64,000 nt of DNA from assembly GCA_013239625.1 (NCBI GenBank), contig MU054338.1, forward strand, positions 2,156,968 to 2,220,967. The letters run 5' to 3'. Origin of the DNA: Lama guanicoe (Eukaryota). The translations under genes were made by a program, and so were the position numbers. Below, piece after piece: positions 1-14,549 of this stretch (positions within the stretch are counted from its first letter, which is position 1; each line of letters opens with the position of its first letter). Under the pieces are notes generated by a model that was not told the origin of the DNA, searched no databases, and saw only the letters and a list, made by a program, of their open reading frames with translations.

Positions 1-180
1 GTTATTGAGCCGCCGCCGCCGCCGCCTCCGGGAGGAGCTGGGAGGCCGGGCGTTCCGGGGTCTGGCCCGGGCACTGCGGCGCTGCGGACGCCCTCGCCAG
101 CCAGGCACCTGCCCCTGCCCCATCCTGTAGCCTCTCACCCCTGGCCGTGCTCCCGGACAGCCCCGGGCTCAGCCCTTGTG
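1..180. promoter_or_regulatory. Tail of a CpG island, probably the NFIC 5' island, with a (GCC)6 repeat at 9-26
   Basis: Dense CpG at the window start, 8 kb upstream of exon 2. Confidence 0.55.
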
Positions 181-1458
181 CAAGGACTAAGAGGGTGTGT
201 GGGGAAGGGGCCGCACCTCAGGGGACCCCTCCCCCAGCACCCGCTGGGAACCCCCAGATTGGCTACTTCTACTTTCCAGCTCGGCCTCCACACTACGTCC
301 TTGTGTGTCTTTAGGTCCTTGGGGTCCCGGCTGGCCTCCGTTTCCCCACCCCACCCCCAGCTGACATGGGGCTAAGGCAGGTTGTGGAGAGAGGGTCTGC
401 GTGGCCTCCAAGCTGTAAAGTGCAGGGCGCTGGGAGGTGGGAGTCGCCAGAGCTTGAGTGCCCTGGGGAGCACTGTATGGGGTGCACGTGGATGCCAGTC
501 TCTGCTGAGGGTTCCTCCCACTCATGGCCCTGGGGTGCCCGTCATTCACAGGCTCTTTCTTCCTGGCCCCCTCCGGCTCCTGGCCCCCCACAGGGAAATT
601 GAGGGCTGGTGCCAAGGGGGTCTTGGGCTTGTCCTACCCATGATCCCCTGGGTGACCTTGCGCATCCCTGCCCCTCTCCAGATCTCCCTTCCCATTCAGA
701 ACAACTTTGGGGGTCCTCTGAAGTGGTCATCTCTAGCCCACCTCTTCCTCTAGGTCGCCCTGAAGCTCCCCCAGAACAAGTAGGGTCCTGATTGGGGTTG
801 CCCTGTGACCTTGGGCCTCCCAGCCTCTGGGCCTGGGGCTGGCCTGCGTGGCCCCCCCGGGGTGCCCCCGCCCCCTCCGCTCTTCCCGCGCTCACTAGCT
901 CCCAGAGCTGCCTGGGGGGCTGAGCCCGGGGAGGCTATTGCAGGCGAGGAGGTTGGATGGCCGCCTGTTGTCCCTGCGCCCTGGAATTCCCCCACAGGAC
1001 TCCTCCGGAGACAGGCCTCCATCCCGTCCACGCTGCCCAGAGTGGGTGGTGGTGAGAACCAGAGCTGGCGCTGTGCTCCTGGGCCTGGCTTTCCCAGGTG
1101 GAAAACCAGGCTGGCTGTCGGTGGAAATATGACAATACAAAATACCTAGGGTTGCTGTGTGCGAGAGACAGGGTGACACGGAGACAGACAGACAGAGAGA
1201 GGACCAGGGAGCTCCCAGGCTAGGGTGGGGATGGAGTGGCCCAAAGGCAGGGGGCTCCCCTTCTCTGTTTATTTTCCCATGGGTGCCCCAAGCCCTGGAG
1301 AGGGACCACCTGTAAGACTCCCCCAGCAGCCTCAGTGTAAGCCCCGAACTCCTTGCAGGCCCACCCCGAGATCTGGGGTCTCTAGCTGGGGGACCCAGGT
1401 GCCCCTGCAAGATCCCCCTCCACTCCTGGCTGCCTAATCACGCCCTATGCATCGCATC

Positions 1459-1620
1459 GCTCTCTGACTGTCTGCATCTCTGTGTCTCCCTGCCTCTCTC
1501 TCTTCCTGTGTCTGTTCTCTCTCCCTCCCTTTCTCTCCATCTCTCTCTCTGTCTCTTTTCCCTCTCTTTGTCTCTGTGTCTCTCCTCACCTGCCAGTCTC
1601 TCCCTGTCTCTCGGTCTCTG
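1459..1620. repeat. CT-rich low-complexity tract
   Basis: Degenerate (CT)n/(TCTG)n. Confidence 0.8.
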
Positions 1621-4239
1621 GGCCTCCATCTCCCCCCCTTTACTGACTAATTTTACAACCCAAGCCCATCCTAAAATAGCTCCCTTTTAGCTGATCCGAC
1701 CCGGATCCTTCTCTGAGCGGAGACCAGACCGGCTAGGGGGTGCGTGGGGGTGGAGGGGTTGCTGGGCTGCTCAGGTGCCCGCCCGCCCTGTGCCCCGGTC
1801 CTGCCCACCGAGGAGGGGGGGCAGCCGCGGCCCGGGCGGCCCTGGAGGATTCTGGGAGCCCCGTCCCTGTTTCAGTGGTGACTCAAGTGCTTTTCACTTT
1901 TACTCTTAAGAGGAACTGTGGAGCAGCCGTTACTTCCATAAATCCTGCCGGCGGGAAGGCCAGCCTCCTCCCTGAGCTCGCCCCACTCTGGGCCTCCCTT
2001 CCTGCCTCCCTCCCGCCCGCCTCCACCGCCACGTTATTCCGGGTTTGGGGCCAAATCCCTCTTGGCTGCAGTGCCCAGGATTCCCCGGGGCCGCAGGCTG
2101 GGCCTGGGCTGAGGCCACGGCAGCGCCGGCTGCCAGGGCCCCCTCCTTCATTCATTCATTCTTTCCTTCATTCCTTCACCCTGTTCCTTCGAGGGGCGGC
2201 ACTCTTTTTATTACTGCTTCTCCAGTGGGGAAATTGAGGCTGGGAGAGAGTCCCTGACTTTGGATTGATTTAATGTAGTAGATCTTCATTGAGCCCCTCC
2301 TATGAGCCTGGGCACGGAGGGGAGAAGACATTGAGGGGTCAGCCTGGTATGGGTTCCTGGAGGCTCTGCTGGGATTGGGGGACCCCCAGCACCTCAGGGC
2401 TGGGAGAAAGGCCAAGACCAGAGAAGGCCATGACCTGCCCAGGATGGCACAGCATGGCCAGTGAGGCTGGGGTTCAGGGCTACCGCCCACCTTGCTGTTT
2501 GGCGAGGACTGAGCAGATGGGTGCTCCCTGTGAGGCCCCCCACGCGTGGTCTGATGGCCTTTGATTGGCTCCTGTAAAAGGCACAACCACCCTCCATGTC
2601 TCTCTCCATCTCCGTGTCTGTGTCTCTCCCCTCCACCCCTTCTCTGCGGTGGAGGTGCCTCAGCGTCAGGGTCGGGCGCCTTGTAAATCACGAAGCTGGG
2701 ATTCTGGCCGAGTCAGCGTTCTCCCTCTTCTCTCTCTCTCTCCAGTGTCTCTCTCTCTCTCTGCCTGAGCCGCCTACCTCTCTGTCTCACACCAAATGGA
2801 TGGGGCACACCAAATGTCCTGGGGCCTCCTGCCCCACGAACGCACGTGTTCACAGCCGCCTGCACACGCGTGCACTGCCTCCTGGCCTGGGTACCCAAAG
2901 CACATGCTCCCACACGTGCGAGCACACAGACGCACACACCCGCGTGCCCTGACAGGGGTCACCTAAGCAGAGACCCAGGGTGGCCTTAGACCTTGCCCAG
3001 GTGGCTGTGTGACTCTGGGCGAGAGACCTGGCCCTTCTGCGCCCCGTGGCCTCACTGAGAAATGAAGTTAACGGTAATTCTCAACTCCTGGGGCTGCCTG
3101 AGGACTCCAGGAGGCGGGACATTGCCCGGCACTCAGTAGGAGCTCATAAATATTTGTTGTGTGAATGAGTGAATGGTTTTGCCAGTGGAGAGGAGGAACT
3201 TGAGTCTCTCCCCACATAAAATGGGGAACGTAATCATGTCTTCCTCGGATGCTTTACCCTTAGCACTGTGCCTCATATACAGTGGGTGCCAAATAAGTGC
3301 AGCTGTGATTGTGATCGTCGCTAAGCTAATCATTGGACTGGACATCCCATAGGCATTTTCCAACTTGCCCTCCTTTCCTGTCGGCTCAGTGCGGACCCGG
3401 CCCTGGGCCAGGTGATAGGAACAGCGGTGACTCCCCAAAACCTTGAGCCCTGACCCACCCCCCAGTGGGTGTCTGTTGGCCTTTCCCCTCTGCCTAGCCT
3501 TGTCCAGGGTTTCCCTGAGTTTGGCCAGACCCACGTGGGTACCAGCGTCCTTTGTCCATCAGGGTGTGTGAATAGGTACCAGGCAGAGGATGGGATTGCG
3601 CCTTTCCTGATCTGGATGCTGGGGACGAAGCACGGAATGAAACAGATCAAAGCCGTGCCCCTGAGGAGCTGCAGTCTAGGTGAGGGGATGGCGGGACCCA
3701 GCTGCCGCTTTGGCTCCCTGAGGAGGAGGTGGCACATGTCCTGGGGCTCAGCAGGGGAAGGGGGCCACACGGGATTCAGAGACAGAGCATGCCGGGTGCA
3801 AAACTGGCACTGCTGGTGAGTCCCGAGGATGGGGCCAGACCACGTGCTCGGGGGCGGGAGGGCTGGCAGTGGGACTGAGGAGTCAGGAGGTTCAAGTTCA
3901 TAGGGACCCAGGTTCAAGTCCCAGCTCCTTCCTGGCTGCGTGACTTTGGGCTGGTGGCCTCAGTGCTCAGGGCCTTAGTCTCTCCCTCTGGACAGTGGGC
4001 AAAACAGGTGTTCCCATTTCATAGAGTTGAGAGCTCAGTAAATGTTCAGCCTCTAAATAGCACAACCTCACTCCCTGTCTCTCTCCCACACCCTGGGTTT
4101 CTAGCTCTGCCCCCATCCTTCTCCCAGGACACCAAGGCACAGAGGGGCGCTCAAGAGATCTAAGGCTTAGACTCACTGGTCGCTTTGGTGGGAACTTTCT
4201 ACTCCCTGGACTTAGCTTGTCCAGACTCTTCCCAGTGGC

Positions 4240-4725
4240 CCTCAAGGCTCTGCACGGCCAGCCCCTGTCACCTCCCTGCCCTCACCACCTCCACTTTGCT
4301 TATTGTTCACTCTGCTCAAGCCTCGCCAGCCTCCTCACTGTTCTCTCCAAACATTAAGTGTGGTCTTGCCTCAGGACCTTTGCATGTGCTTTGTTCTTCA
4401 CCTGGGAAGCTCCTGCTGTGGGTTGTCATTTTTCAGCTCTTTGTTCAAGTGTCCTCTCCTATGGGAGACCCTCCCTGACTACCTTCAGCTAAAAACAACC
4501 CCCAGGGGACTCCCCGGCCCCCTCCTCAAGCTCCTTTAAATTTCTTCAGAGCACTTTGTTCAGCCTGACATTTTATTACATATTTTTTAGCTTGGTTAAC
4601 ATCCATCCCTGCCCACATCAGGATCCGGGTGAGGGCCGAGCCCAGGACATTGTCGGGTTCCCATCATCATGCATGGAGCTGGCACAGAGTAGACACTTAG
4701 TAAATGTTTTTTGAACCAAATGAAT
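4240..4725 (+). mobile_element. L2 3' fragment
   Basis: cttgcctcaggacctttgcatgtgct...ctggcacagagtagacacttagtaaatgttttttgaa. Confidence 0.65.
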
Positions 4726-7570
4726 CTCCCCCTCATTAGATAAGAGCTGTTCATAAGCTGTGATGCTGAGCTTGGGGGGAGGAGTCTTTCTAGGTCAGGA
4801 ACACTTAGTCTGGCACAAGAAGGGTTTGTGTTTGAATAAGAGCTCTGCCGATTGACACTTAACCTGGGCTTAACCTGGAGGAGGGGACCAGGGCTTTGAA
4901 GGATGCATAGGAGTTGAGGATAAACACTTAGGAGGTGGATAAGAGACTCTCAGTAACATTTGTTAGATCACTGAGTGAATGAAGGAGAGAGAATCCTTTG
5001 TGGAAAACTTTTGGTAAGGGAATTGGAGTTTCATGTCCTGGTTTGCTTCTGCGGACTGTCAGAGTGGGAGGGCCACAAGGAGGCCCAGAGAAGGGCACAA
5101 CCCAGCGCACAGTTGACCAGTTCATAGTGCCCAGCAAAGGCTTGGACCCAGTTGTCTACCTCCCAGCTGCTGCTGCCCTCTTTGGCCAGGAAGTCCCAGT
5201 GGGCCAAGTGGAGTTTCTGAGAAAGGCCTGGTCTTGCTCCCTGCCCTCACCTTGCATCTCTGATGACCAGGGCAACGGATAAGCTCTCCACCAACCCCTA
5301 GCAGGGTGCAATGTCCCTTTCTGCCCATTGTACAGAATGAGAAACTGAGGCCCAAAGTGGAGTATCAGTTTGTTCCTAGATCATACAGGAAGTGAAAATG
5401 GAGACCGTTGTCACCCAACCTCATTCCCTCCACAAGTCTGCCTGGCAATAAGTGCCTCAGCCCTGGGCCTCAGGCTAAGGGGAGAGTGAGTGAACTGGAC
5501 TCAGAGACCCCTAGTTGTGTGGTCCAGGCTAGTCTGGGAGAACCCTGAGGAGAGCAGGAAAGCTGCCTGACGAAAGGCACACTGGAGACAGGGCTTTGAG
5601 GGATGTGTAGGAGTTCAGGGAAATTCTTGGCATCTAGCTTGCCTTGGCTGTCTGCCTTGCCCTGTCCACCAGTGAGGCTTTGGGAGGTGCTTGGGGAAGA
5701 GGCCTTGGTCATCACAGGTCTTGTGGGGCAGAGAGTGATAGACCTGCCTCTCACCTGGCCTGACCTCCTGGGGAGGACGTGAGAGGCTAGGGCAGCAGGT
5801 CCATGACCCAGTTACAGGCTGTTTGTCTTCCTTTCCCCAGGACTAGCTTGGGTCACCAGTGACGTGGGAACCCACCCCTGCCCGCCTCCCTGGCACCTTT
5901 CCCCAGAGAGGGCCCGGGGGCAGGTAGGGATAAGAGAGAGGCATGGGGGCTTGGAAGGGGGAGGAGCTGGAAGACAAAAGGGACTCAGAAAAGGGGAGGG
6001 GGCTCAGAGACAGGGTTCAAGGAGAGGAAGAGTTTGGGCCCCAAATAATCACAACAGCAGTAATAATAGCTAAGACAGGTTTTTGTGAGCTGGGCAGATA
6101 ATGGGGCTCGTTTGCTAGGAAGAGATAGCACCCCGCATTCAAGAAGGCCCGCCGGATGACACCCAACCGCCCTTCCCAGCTCCCTCTTATCATGGCTCCA
6201 AGAAGCTCCAGGCCTCCAGTGGCAGCCATTGCCCAGGTCTCCTGCCACCCTGGCGTCCCCTCCACCAGGGGCAGCACCCTGTCCTGCTATCAGTTACCCA
6301 CTGCTAGCCTCTGCAGTAGGATGGCCTGGGCTCTGGTCCTGGCTCTGTTGACTGGCTGTGTGACGGCAGGTGGTTCCCCATCCCTGGAGAAGCCCCCGAG
6401 GGTGGGCAGCGCCCCTCCACCCTCCCTCTGCCTCAGCAGATCAACCTGGGCTGGGGTCAGCGGCAGCAAAAAAGGGCCCTGAGGTCCAGTCCCTGCCACA
6501 GCTGTCACGGTGACTCACACGTCGGGGGACATTGGCGTGGGGGAGCTGGGCTGGGACAAGCCGTGCCCCGGCCCCGCCCCACCCTGCGAGGGCAGGCTAT
6601 TTTCAGAGCCTCAGTAATAGGAGAAATCTGAGGTCGTCCCCCACCCCCAGCACCCCAGGGCTAGGAAAAGGCATCACCCCCATTCCAGAAGCCCAGCAGT
6701 CCCCCCAGGCAAGAGCAGGGAGTGAGGTGGAAGTTCTTCTCTGCCTTCCTTTCTCTTTGAATTTTCACCCCTGGAGGCTGAGAAACCAGGTCCAGGATGT
6801 TCTGCAGACTCAATTTCTCTTGCTGAAAACTGGCGAGAGTCAGAAAGCCCTCCCATGGCCCCACGTTGTTCCTTGAGGGGCCCAACTGGGGCTGCTTTTC
6901 GTGGGGAAGTCAGATGGACGTGGGTTCCAGTCCCAGCCCTGCCCCTCATGACGGGGTCTTCTCTTGGGGTCGTCGTTTCTTCATCTGCAGAGTAGGTGTC
7001 ATGGTCACCCAGCAACACCCACCAGGCAAAGGGAGGGGAATGTTGAAGTCTCAGCTGTGGCCAGGTCTCAGAGCCTCCATGAGCCTTGATATTTTCATCG
7101 GTGGAATGGGTCTGTCGGGGGCAGGCTAGGGTGAACCAACCCCCAGGAACCCTTCTGTCTTCAGCTCTGAACCTCCAGGGCCGAGCACCACTTTCTCTAC
7201 TGCATTCTGATCTCTTGCCTCCATGGGCCTCAGCTTTCCCAGCCCCTGCAGTTGGTCTATGCAGGAACTGCACCCCACCCCAGCTTCCATCAGCTCCTGA
7301 TACCCAGGTGGCCCCGTCTTGGCCTGTGGACCTCAGCCATCCTGTCTGTACACCTGGGTAGGAGTGACATCTTGTCCTCATTTTTCCATCATCTCCAGGA
7401 GCCAGCAGAGGCAGCCCTCTGACCCTCATCTGGCGTCAGCTCCCTCTGCTGAGCAGTGGGTCTGAGAAACAAGCCCCAGGGGCATGTGCTGAGCCTGGTG
7501 TCGCCCATAATCCTTGAGCACCCAGAGTGTGCTCAGCCTTGCCCTAGCCATTCGGGCTCACACTCTGGTT

Positions 7571-7771
7571 CAGGGGTTTGCAGACTACAGCCCCAGGGCC
7601 CACTGGCCATCGGCTGTCTTTATAAATAAAACTTTATTGAGACACTGTTGTGCTGGTCACTTACACCTCCTCTGTGGCCAATCTTGCCCTACAGGCAGAG
7701 GGGACCTGTTGCAACAGAGACTGAAATGCTCACTATCTTTTTTAAGGTGCTTTTGAAGTTTTCTGACCCCC
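7571..7771. mobile_element. MER58-like hAT DNA transposon
   Basis: caggggtttgcagactacagccc...taaataaaactttattg...ctgacccc. Confidence 0.65.
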
Positions 7772-8095
7772 ATTCTAGAAGGCAGAGAATGGGTCCAAAA
7801 CACCACCATTCTACTGACTCATATTCCCCATCTGTTCAATGTGTCCCCCATCAGCCTCCACTTGGGACCCTCAGCTTGTCCTACCTGTATATGGGGGTTC
7901 AAGACAGTCCTCCACAAACGTCTGCCTTGGCCTGTGTCTTCAACATAGTCCAAGCCTCAGTTTCCCCATCTGTGAAATAGGTTGTTTTCAGACCCAGTGA
8001 ACTTCTGCTGGGTCCCCTCTGGCCTTCAGTTGTCCCCAGGAGGTAGAGGGATCTGCAGTGGCCGCCTGGATACCTCTGCCCTGCCCTCCCTCTAG

Positions 8096-8812
<717 letters not shown>

Positions 8813-11194
8813 TGAGGGAGGAGGCAGGCGCACGCAGTCTGAGGAGGGAGCCGACCCGGGAGAGGTCCGAGGAGGGAGAAGGTCTACCGAGGGGGGAGGC
8901 AGGTGCAGGTGCAGGTGCAGGTCCGGGGGAAGTGGGCCTACACGGAGGCCCGAGGGGGCAGGTGCATGCCGCGAGAGGGTCTAAGGGAAAGAGATCTGGT
9001 CGGTCCAAAGAGAGTCTTGTGGGGAGGATGTGGCAGGGGCGTCCTGGGGGTCTGGAGGTAGGGGCCGGCTCTGACCTTGATGTCTGAGGGGGCTGGCAGG
9101 CCTCAGGTTATGAGACCCAGTCCCAGAGGGTCTCTTGGGAACAGGGGTGTGGATAGGCGCGTGACCCATGGGAGAGGGACAGTATCCCTCTGGGGAAAGC
9201 TGAAAGAGTGTTGGGGTTGCGCACTGTGAAGGCTGGCCGACTTGCTCTGAGACCTCCCCCAGAGACCCAACAGGTCCCATGTTTGTGCCAAGTGGAAAGC
9301 TGGGGCTCTGTGTGTGACTTTGGCTAGGTTACCACCCTCTCTGGTCATCAGTGTCCCCCACTCTGCGTGTGCTTCTAGCTGGGTGTTTGCTGGCTCTGTG
9401 GTCACATGGCCCACATGGAGACCAGTGGGTTCCTGAGGATGGGGAATTCCGTGGCAGCTTCCGGGAGGAGGAGGCTCCACTGAGCTGAGCTCTGCAGGAT
9501 GACTGGGCAGTGATGAGCATGAGGATATCCCAGGTGATCAGAGCCTGGGCAGAGATGTGGGGACTGCTGGGCGGCCCAGCCCTGAATGTCAGCAGCCCCA
9601 GTGGCCCAGGGCAGGGCCTGGCTGGGGGGGCAGTGGGTGCGTCGCTCTGCTGCTCTCTGGTTGTGTGGTCAGTGGAGGTGTCGGAGCCCCTACCTTGATC
9701 AGGCCTCAGGAGATTGGCTGAGATCGTGTGTGCGGCGTGTTGAGCCCTGGCCTGCCATGTGGCGGGTGTCAGCTGTGACTGTGTTCATGTGGTACTGGGT
9801 GCGCCTGGAGGACCTAACAGGCACACGTCACAGGCCCCACCGCGCCTCTCCACGCTGAGTCTGGCACATACATGGGCGTGAGCCTGCACCCACCCAGGGC
9901 TGCTGAGTGTGTCAGGTGGCTGCACGTGAGTTGCAAATCCTGTCCCAGCCCCCATAGACCCCACATTAACCAGAAATGATGGAGGAAGCCTGGTGGAGGG
10001 GTGGTGAGAAGAGGGGGGCTCAAGGGCCGAACCACCCCAGTTCTGAGCACAGCCCCGCCGTTTACTGGCTGTGTGACTGTGGACACATCCTTGTCCTGTG
10101 CCTCAGTTTCCTCCTCTGTACAGTAGGGGTAACAACCGTGCCAATTCCTAGTGATGACGGAAGGATTACATGAGGTCTCCTGGTCTGCGTGGTGTGCGGG
10201 AGGGAGAGCGGGGACTGAGTTTCCCAGTCTTGACCTTGATTCCTTGACCTTGACCCCAACTGCGCCCACCCTGACCCCCAATTAGCACCAAACACAGTGG
10301 GGCCAGAGGCAGAGGGGTGGATAAGGTGACTGTGCTGTGGGCGTGGGGTAGGGGGCAGGGGCGGCCTTGGGGGCCGCAGGGCTCATTACCATGCAGGTCC
10401 AGGTCTCTCCCACCACATCCATCCTCTGCGCCTGGCCCTGCCCCCACCTCCTCCATGCTGAGCTGATAAAATTTTGAAGCGAGTTTTCTGCCTGCGTCAG
10501 CACAATCTCGGGCGCCTCCCCTCCCCCAGCGGCCCCCTCCCCCCTCCGCTCAGCAGGCAGGCCAGGCCTCCAGGCCTCCCCAGACACCTTCACGTCCGAC
10601 TGCCAGGCCTTTGCTGGCCAGTCTGGTCAGCCTCCTCGCGTGAGGGCCCCGGGAAGGTCAAGGCTGTACCGTCCCCTGCTTCCAGCTGGCTCCATCATCC
10701 CAGGGGATCTCTGCGCAAACCGGCCCCAGCTGACCCAGCTTCAGCTGGCTGGGAGCGAGGGTCTGGTGTGAGGTCTGGGCCTGGAACTCAGCTCCAGCCC
10801 AGCCACCCGCCTGTCCGCTGGGTGTGCCGAAACAAGTCGCTTAATCTCTCTGTGTCTGTTTTCCTTGTCTTTAAAATGGGATGCTCACAAATAGCTACCT
10901 GATAGGAACATTGGGTTGTCACAGTACAAGTTCAACAAATTACCCCATGGAATCATGAAGACAGGTACCAAGCATGGGGCTAGAGCTCTGTGGACTGTTA
11001 TTATTAACATTATCATTCTCATTAGAGTTACAATTTCCCACCGCGAAGCCTGTGTCCATGCTGTTCCCTCTGCCTGGAGTGCCTGTCCCATACAGAAAAC
11101 TTCTACTTATGCTTCAAAACCTCAACTCCTTGCTTCACTTTCTCTATTTCTGCCATTTTTTTCTGAGGGCTCAGCAGTTTTCCATTCTTGCAGC

Positions 11195-11320
11195 AACCCT
11201 GCAAGGCAGGAATCATTGTTGTACCCATTTTACAGATGAGGAAACAGAAACCCAAAGAAGGTAGCTGCCCTGCCCAAGGTCACACAGCTAAGAGCGGGCA
11301 GAGGTAGGATTTGCACATAG
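11195..11320. mobile_element. MIR SINE (one example of many MIR cores in the window)
   Basis: cccattttacagatgaggaaacagaa...tgcccaaggtcacacagcta; similar cores at about 7.96, 17.4, 31.0, 36.5, 39.7, 40.0 and 53.2 kb. Confidence 0.8.
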
Positions 11321-12429
11321 GCAGCTTCTTTTGCTGACACCCCTGCTAACCTTCCACGCTTGGTGGCAGAAGGGGATGGAGGTAAAACGCAGTGTACAAG
11401 GTGGGTGTCCAGTCCACGTGGCATGGCCACGTCCAGGCTGTGTGCTAGGATCCCACCCACCAAGGCCGTATCCAGGGTCCCTGGGCTGAGGCCACCCTCT
11501 GGGAGCCCCCTACTGAGCCTCATGTCCCCAGCTTCCACCCAAGGATACCCTGTCCTCGTCTGGACCAGAGTTCTGTCTGCTATCAGCCAGACAGTGGTCT
11601 GACTGCAGAGAGAGCTGGCCACCTCCTCCCTCGTCTCCCCTCGTGGGTCCCAGGGCTGGAAGGAGTCCAGGCCAAGGCCGGAGTGCAGTGTCCACTCAAA
11701 TCGGCCCTGCTGGGAGGCTGTGGGATTGGTGGGCGTGGGAGAGGCGGGCCTCGGTTGGCCACAGGGTGGATGTTGGGACGGGCAGCTGATATGACTGAAA
11801 GGAGGTACCATCTCCAGGGTCAGAAATGGGACCTTGGAGCCCACAGAATGACAGCGAGAGAGACATGGAGAGACAGAAGGTCCCAGAGACATGGAGAGAC
11901 ACAGAGAAACCCACAAGACCATACATGCATTCTCTGTCCTTGGACAAAGAGACAAGGCCTGGCTCCCCTCCCGCACAGCCTCCACATCTCTCCCAGAGGG
12001 TGTCAGGTGGACTGAGGAGGCCACACCCCGAAGGGGAGTCCTAGGCCTCTATCCTCTGGTTTATTTTGGAAGACAGAGAGGTGGGGACAAGGCATGAGAA
12101 GGTCCTTTTAGCGTTAGGGATCCTAGGCTGGTCAGAGCCCAGGGTACCTCCTGGGGCCAAACTTGGCTGCCCCAGGCATCCATCTGGCACCATTTTGGAC
12201 ACAGGGGCCTGATTCCAGGGTGGACTCAGTGAGTGCCTCTGGGCTGCCTAAGGGACAGCTGGGGGACCATGATGAGGGAGTGGCATAAGTTCCACCCTGG
12301 GACATTGGGGCTGCCCACAAAATCTGTACACTTTGCTGGGGGTAGAGAGGAGTGGTGGTGGAGCTGACAGTTCTGTTAAATTAATAGAAACCTAATGACA
12401 GTGAGGGGTGTGGAAAGAGGCAGCAGGAG

Positions 12430-12670
12430 GGCACTCTGTACTGGGAGGGCCTGTCTGAAATGACTAGAGACAAGGCCTGAAGGAAGTGAGGGAGCCACAT
12501 AGGGTTTTGAGTGAGAGTGTGCCAGGCAGGGGGAGGCACAGCCAGTGCAAAGGCCCTGGGGCTGGAATGGCTCCACGTGTAGGGAGCAGAGGTGAAGGCC
12601 GCTGCGGGTGTTGGAGGGGGCGGGAGAGCCTGCTGCGTGGCTGCGTGGCTTCCCAGTGAGGGTGATGGGG
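12430..12670 (-). mobile_element. L2 fragment
   Basis: ggcacagccagtgcaaaggccctggggc motif. Confidence 0.65.
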
Positions 12671-14549
12671 GGGCCAGGAGTAGGGGACTCCGGCCCTCCT
12701 CGTCCTGTTTGCATTTGGGAAGGAGCCTGGAGGAAGCAGGGCCCAGAGAGGGAAGCCGCCTGCCCAGCCCCGAAGCCCAGCCAGGCTTCCCCACCCCCTC
12801 TGGCGGCCTGAGAAACCTGAGGCGCGGGCGGGCACTGTGCCAGGGGCAGCAGGGGAGGGGCTGCCAGGCCCGCCCGCTCCGGCAGCTGCCAGCCCGCCCC
12901 GAGCCGCCAGCCCAGATGGTGCCCAGCTGCTGACGCTGCCGTGGGCTGGCCTCCCGTTCCCGCCTCCTGCTCCCGCCTTGTTCCGTGCCAACCTCCCGGA
13001 AAGGCACTGTGGGCAGAGGCCGGCTCGGGAAGCTTGCAGCTGCTCGAGGGGCTGCCCAGGGTGGGGGCAGAAGGAACTGGGAGGGGTCTCCATCCCCTCC
13101 TGGGTAGGCCTGGGAAGCGACCCTAACATCAGAGACAATAGTGATAGCAGACGCATATCGTGTGCCTGGTGCTGGGCCCGGCTCACGTCAGTTTAATCCT
13201 CTCCATCACCCTGGGAGGGAGGGACTGTTGCCTTCTCCTGTGTTTCAAGTGAGGTCGCAGCCCAGAGACACTCAGCCACTTGCCCAAGGTCACACAGCTC
13301 CTAAGAGGTGGGGCAGAATTAGAACCCACAGATCCTGAGTCCTTGAAACCACGGAAGGAAAAGAACTCAAAGCCACTTTTGAGGCTATCAGATGGAACCC
13401 ACACCCTCCCAGTTGTCCATAGCACGAAACGATCAGGCCCAGAATACAGAGTGAACGAATGAACGAGTATTTGCAGCCGCCCATCCTGCAGTGCCCGCCA
13501 AGCCAGACGCGGGGCCACAGTCCCCACCAAGCGCACCCTGGGCTCGGATGGCAAGAGGAAGGGCCTCAGCCTGGAGCGAGGGAGCCTCGCTCAGCCTCAG
13601 CTCTGCCCCTGGCTTGCTGTGTGCCTTAAGGCAAAGCATTCCCCTCTCTGTTCTGGGTTTGGGGGAGAGCTGAGGCCAAGAAGGTCAGGGTTGAGGGCCA
13701 CAGGGAGAACCACTGGGTGCTGTGCTGGGGAGACAGAGGGAGGACATGGATGGGAGGGCGTGTGAGGGCACCTGTTCGCTTGGGTAATGGACACCATTTG
13801 TGTCCACACTTGTTCCAGGCTGTGCGAGGTCTGTTCCCATTTCTGAGCCTGAGTTTTGCCATCTGTAGAGTGGCAAGAATAAGAACTGTGTCTGCTGCGT
13901 TGACAGTTGGAGTCAGTGATCACTGAATAGCATACAAGAGGCGCTCAATAAATGCTCTGTCCCTTCCCGGAGCCTCTCCCCAGCCCCAAGAGGCAAAGGG
14001 GAAGAACTTCAGCATGCCTGTGGGCCAGCAGGGACACCTGTGACCCAGGACAGGCCCCCACTGGAAACCGGGCTGTGTCACCTGTCCAGATGTCTGGGCA
14101 GCGGAGGAGTGAGGGGCTTCTGGCAGCCTGGACTCCCCCAGGGCTGGGCAGCCAGGTGTACCAGCCTTCTGTCTGTGTGGGGAAGGTTGCTGCCCGGGTG
14201 TGAGGTCCAGACGCCAGCTGACGATGTATTTATAGTGGCGGCGGGAGGCCTCTGGGTTCATGATTAGTGGCAGAGAGGGACCAGCAGGTGAGCGTACTGT
14301 TAACGCAGCCCACGGGAGCCCAGTGTCGGGAAGAGGCTGGGGCACGACCCGGAGCCCGACAGCCCAGGTTCAAATCCCACCGCTCGTGAGCTGTTCCACC
14401 TTTGGCAGGTGATGTCGCTGCCCTGGGCCCAGGTGCCCTTCCCTCGTAATGGGCCTGATCCAGATGGCGCCCACCTCCCCGGGCTGTGTAGGGTTAAGTG
14501 AGTTAATGCATCAAAGACCTTAGTACACAGTAAGCGCTCAGACTTGATC

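Noticed and set aside
1879..6517. Isolated AP-1 sites (TGACTCA at 1879 and 6511) and an imperfect ERE at 6503
   Set aside because: Single short motifs are expected by chance in 64 kb
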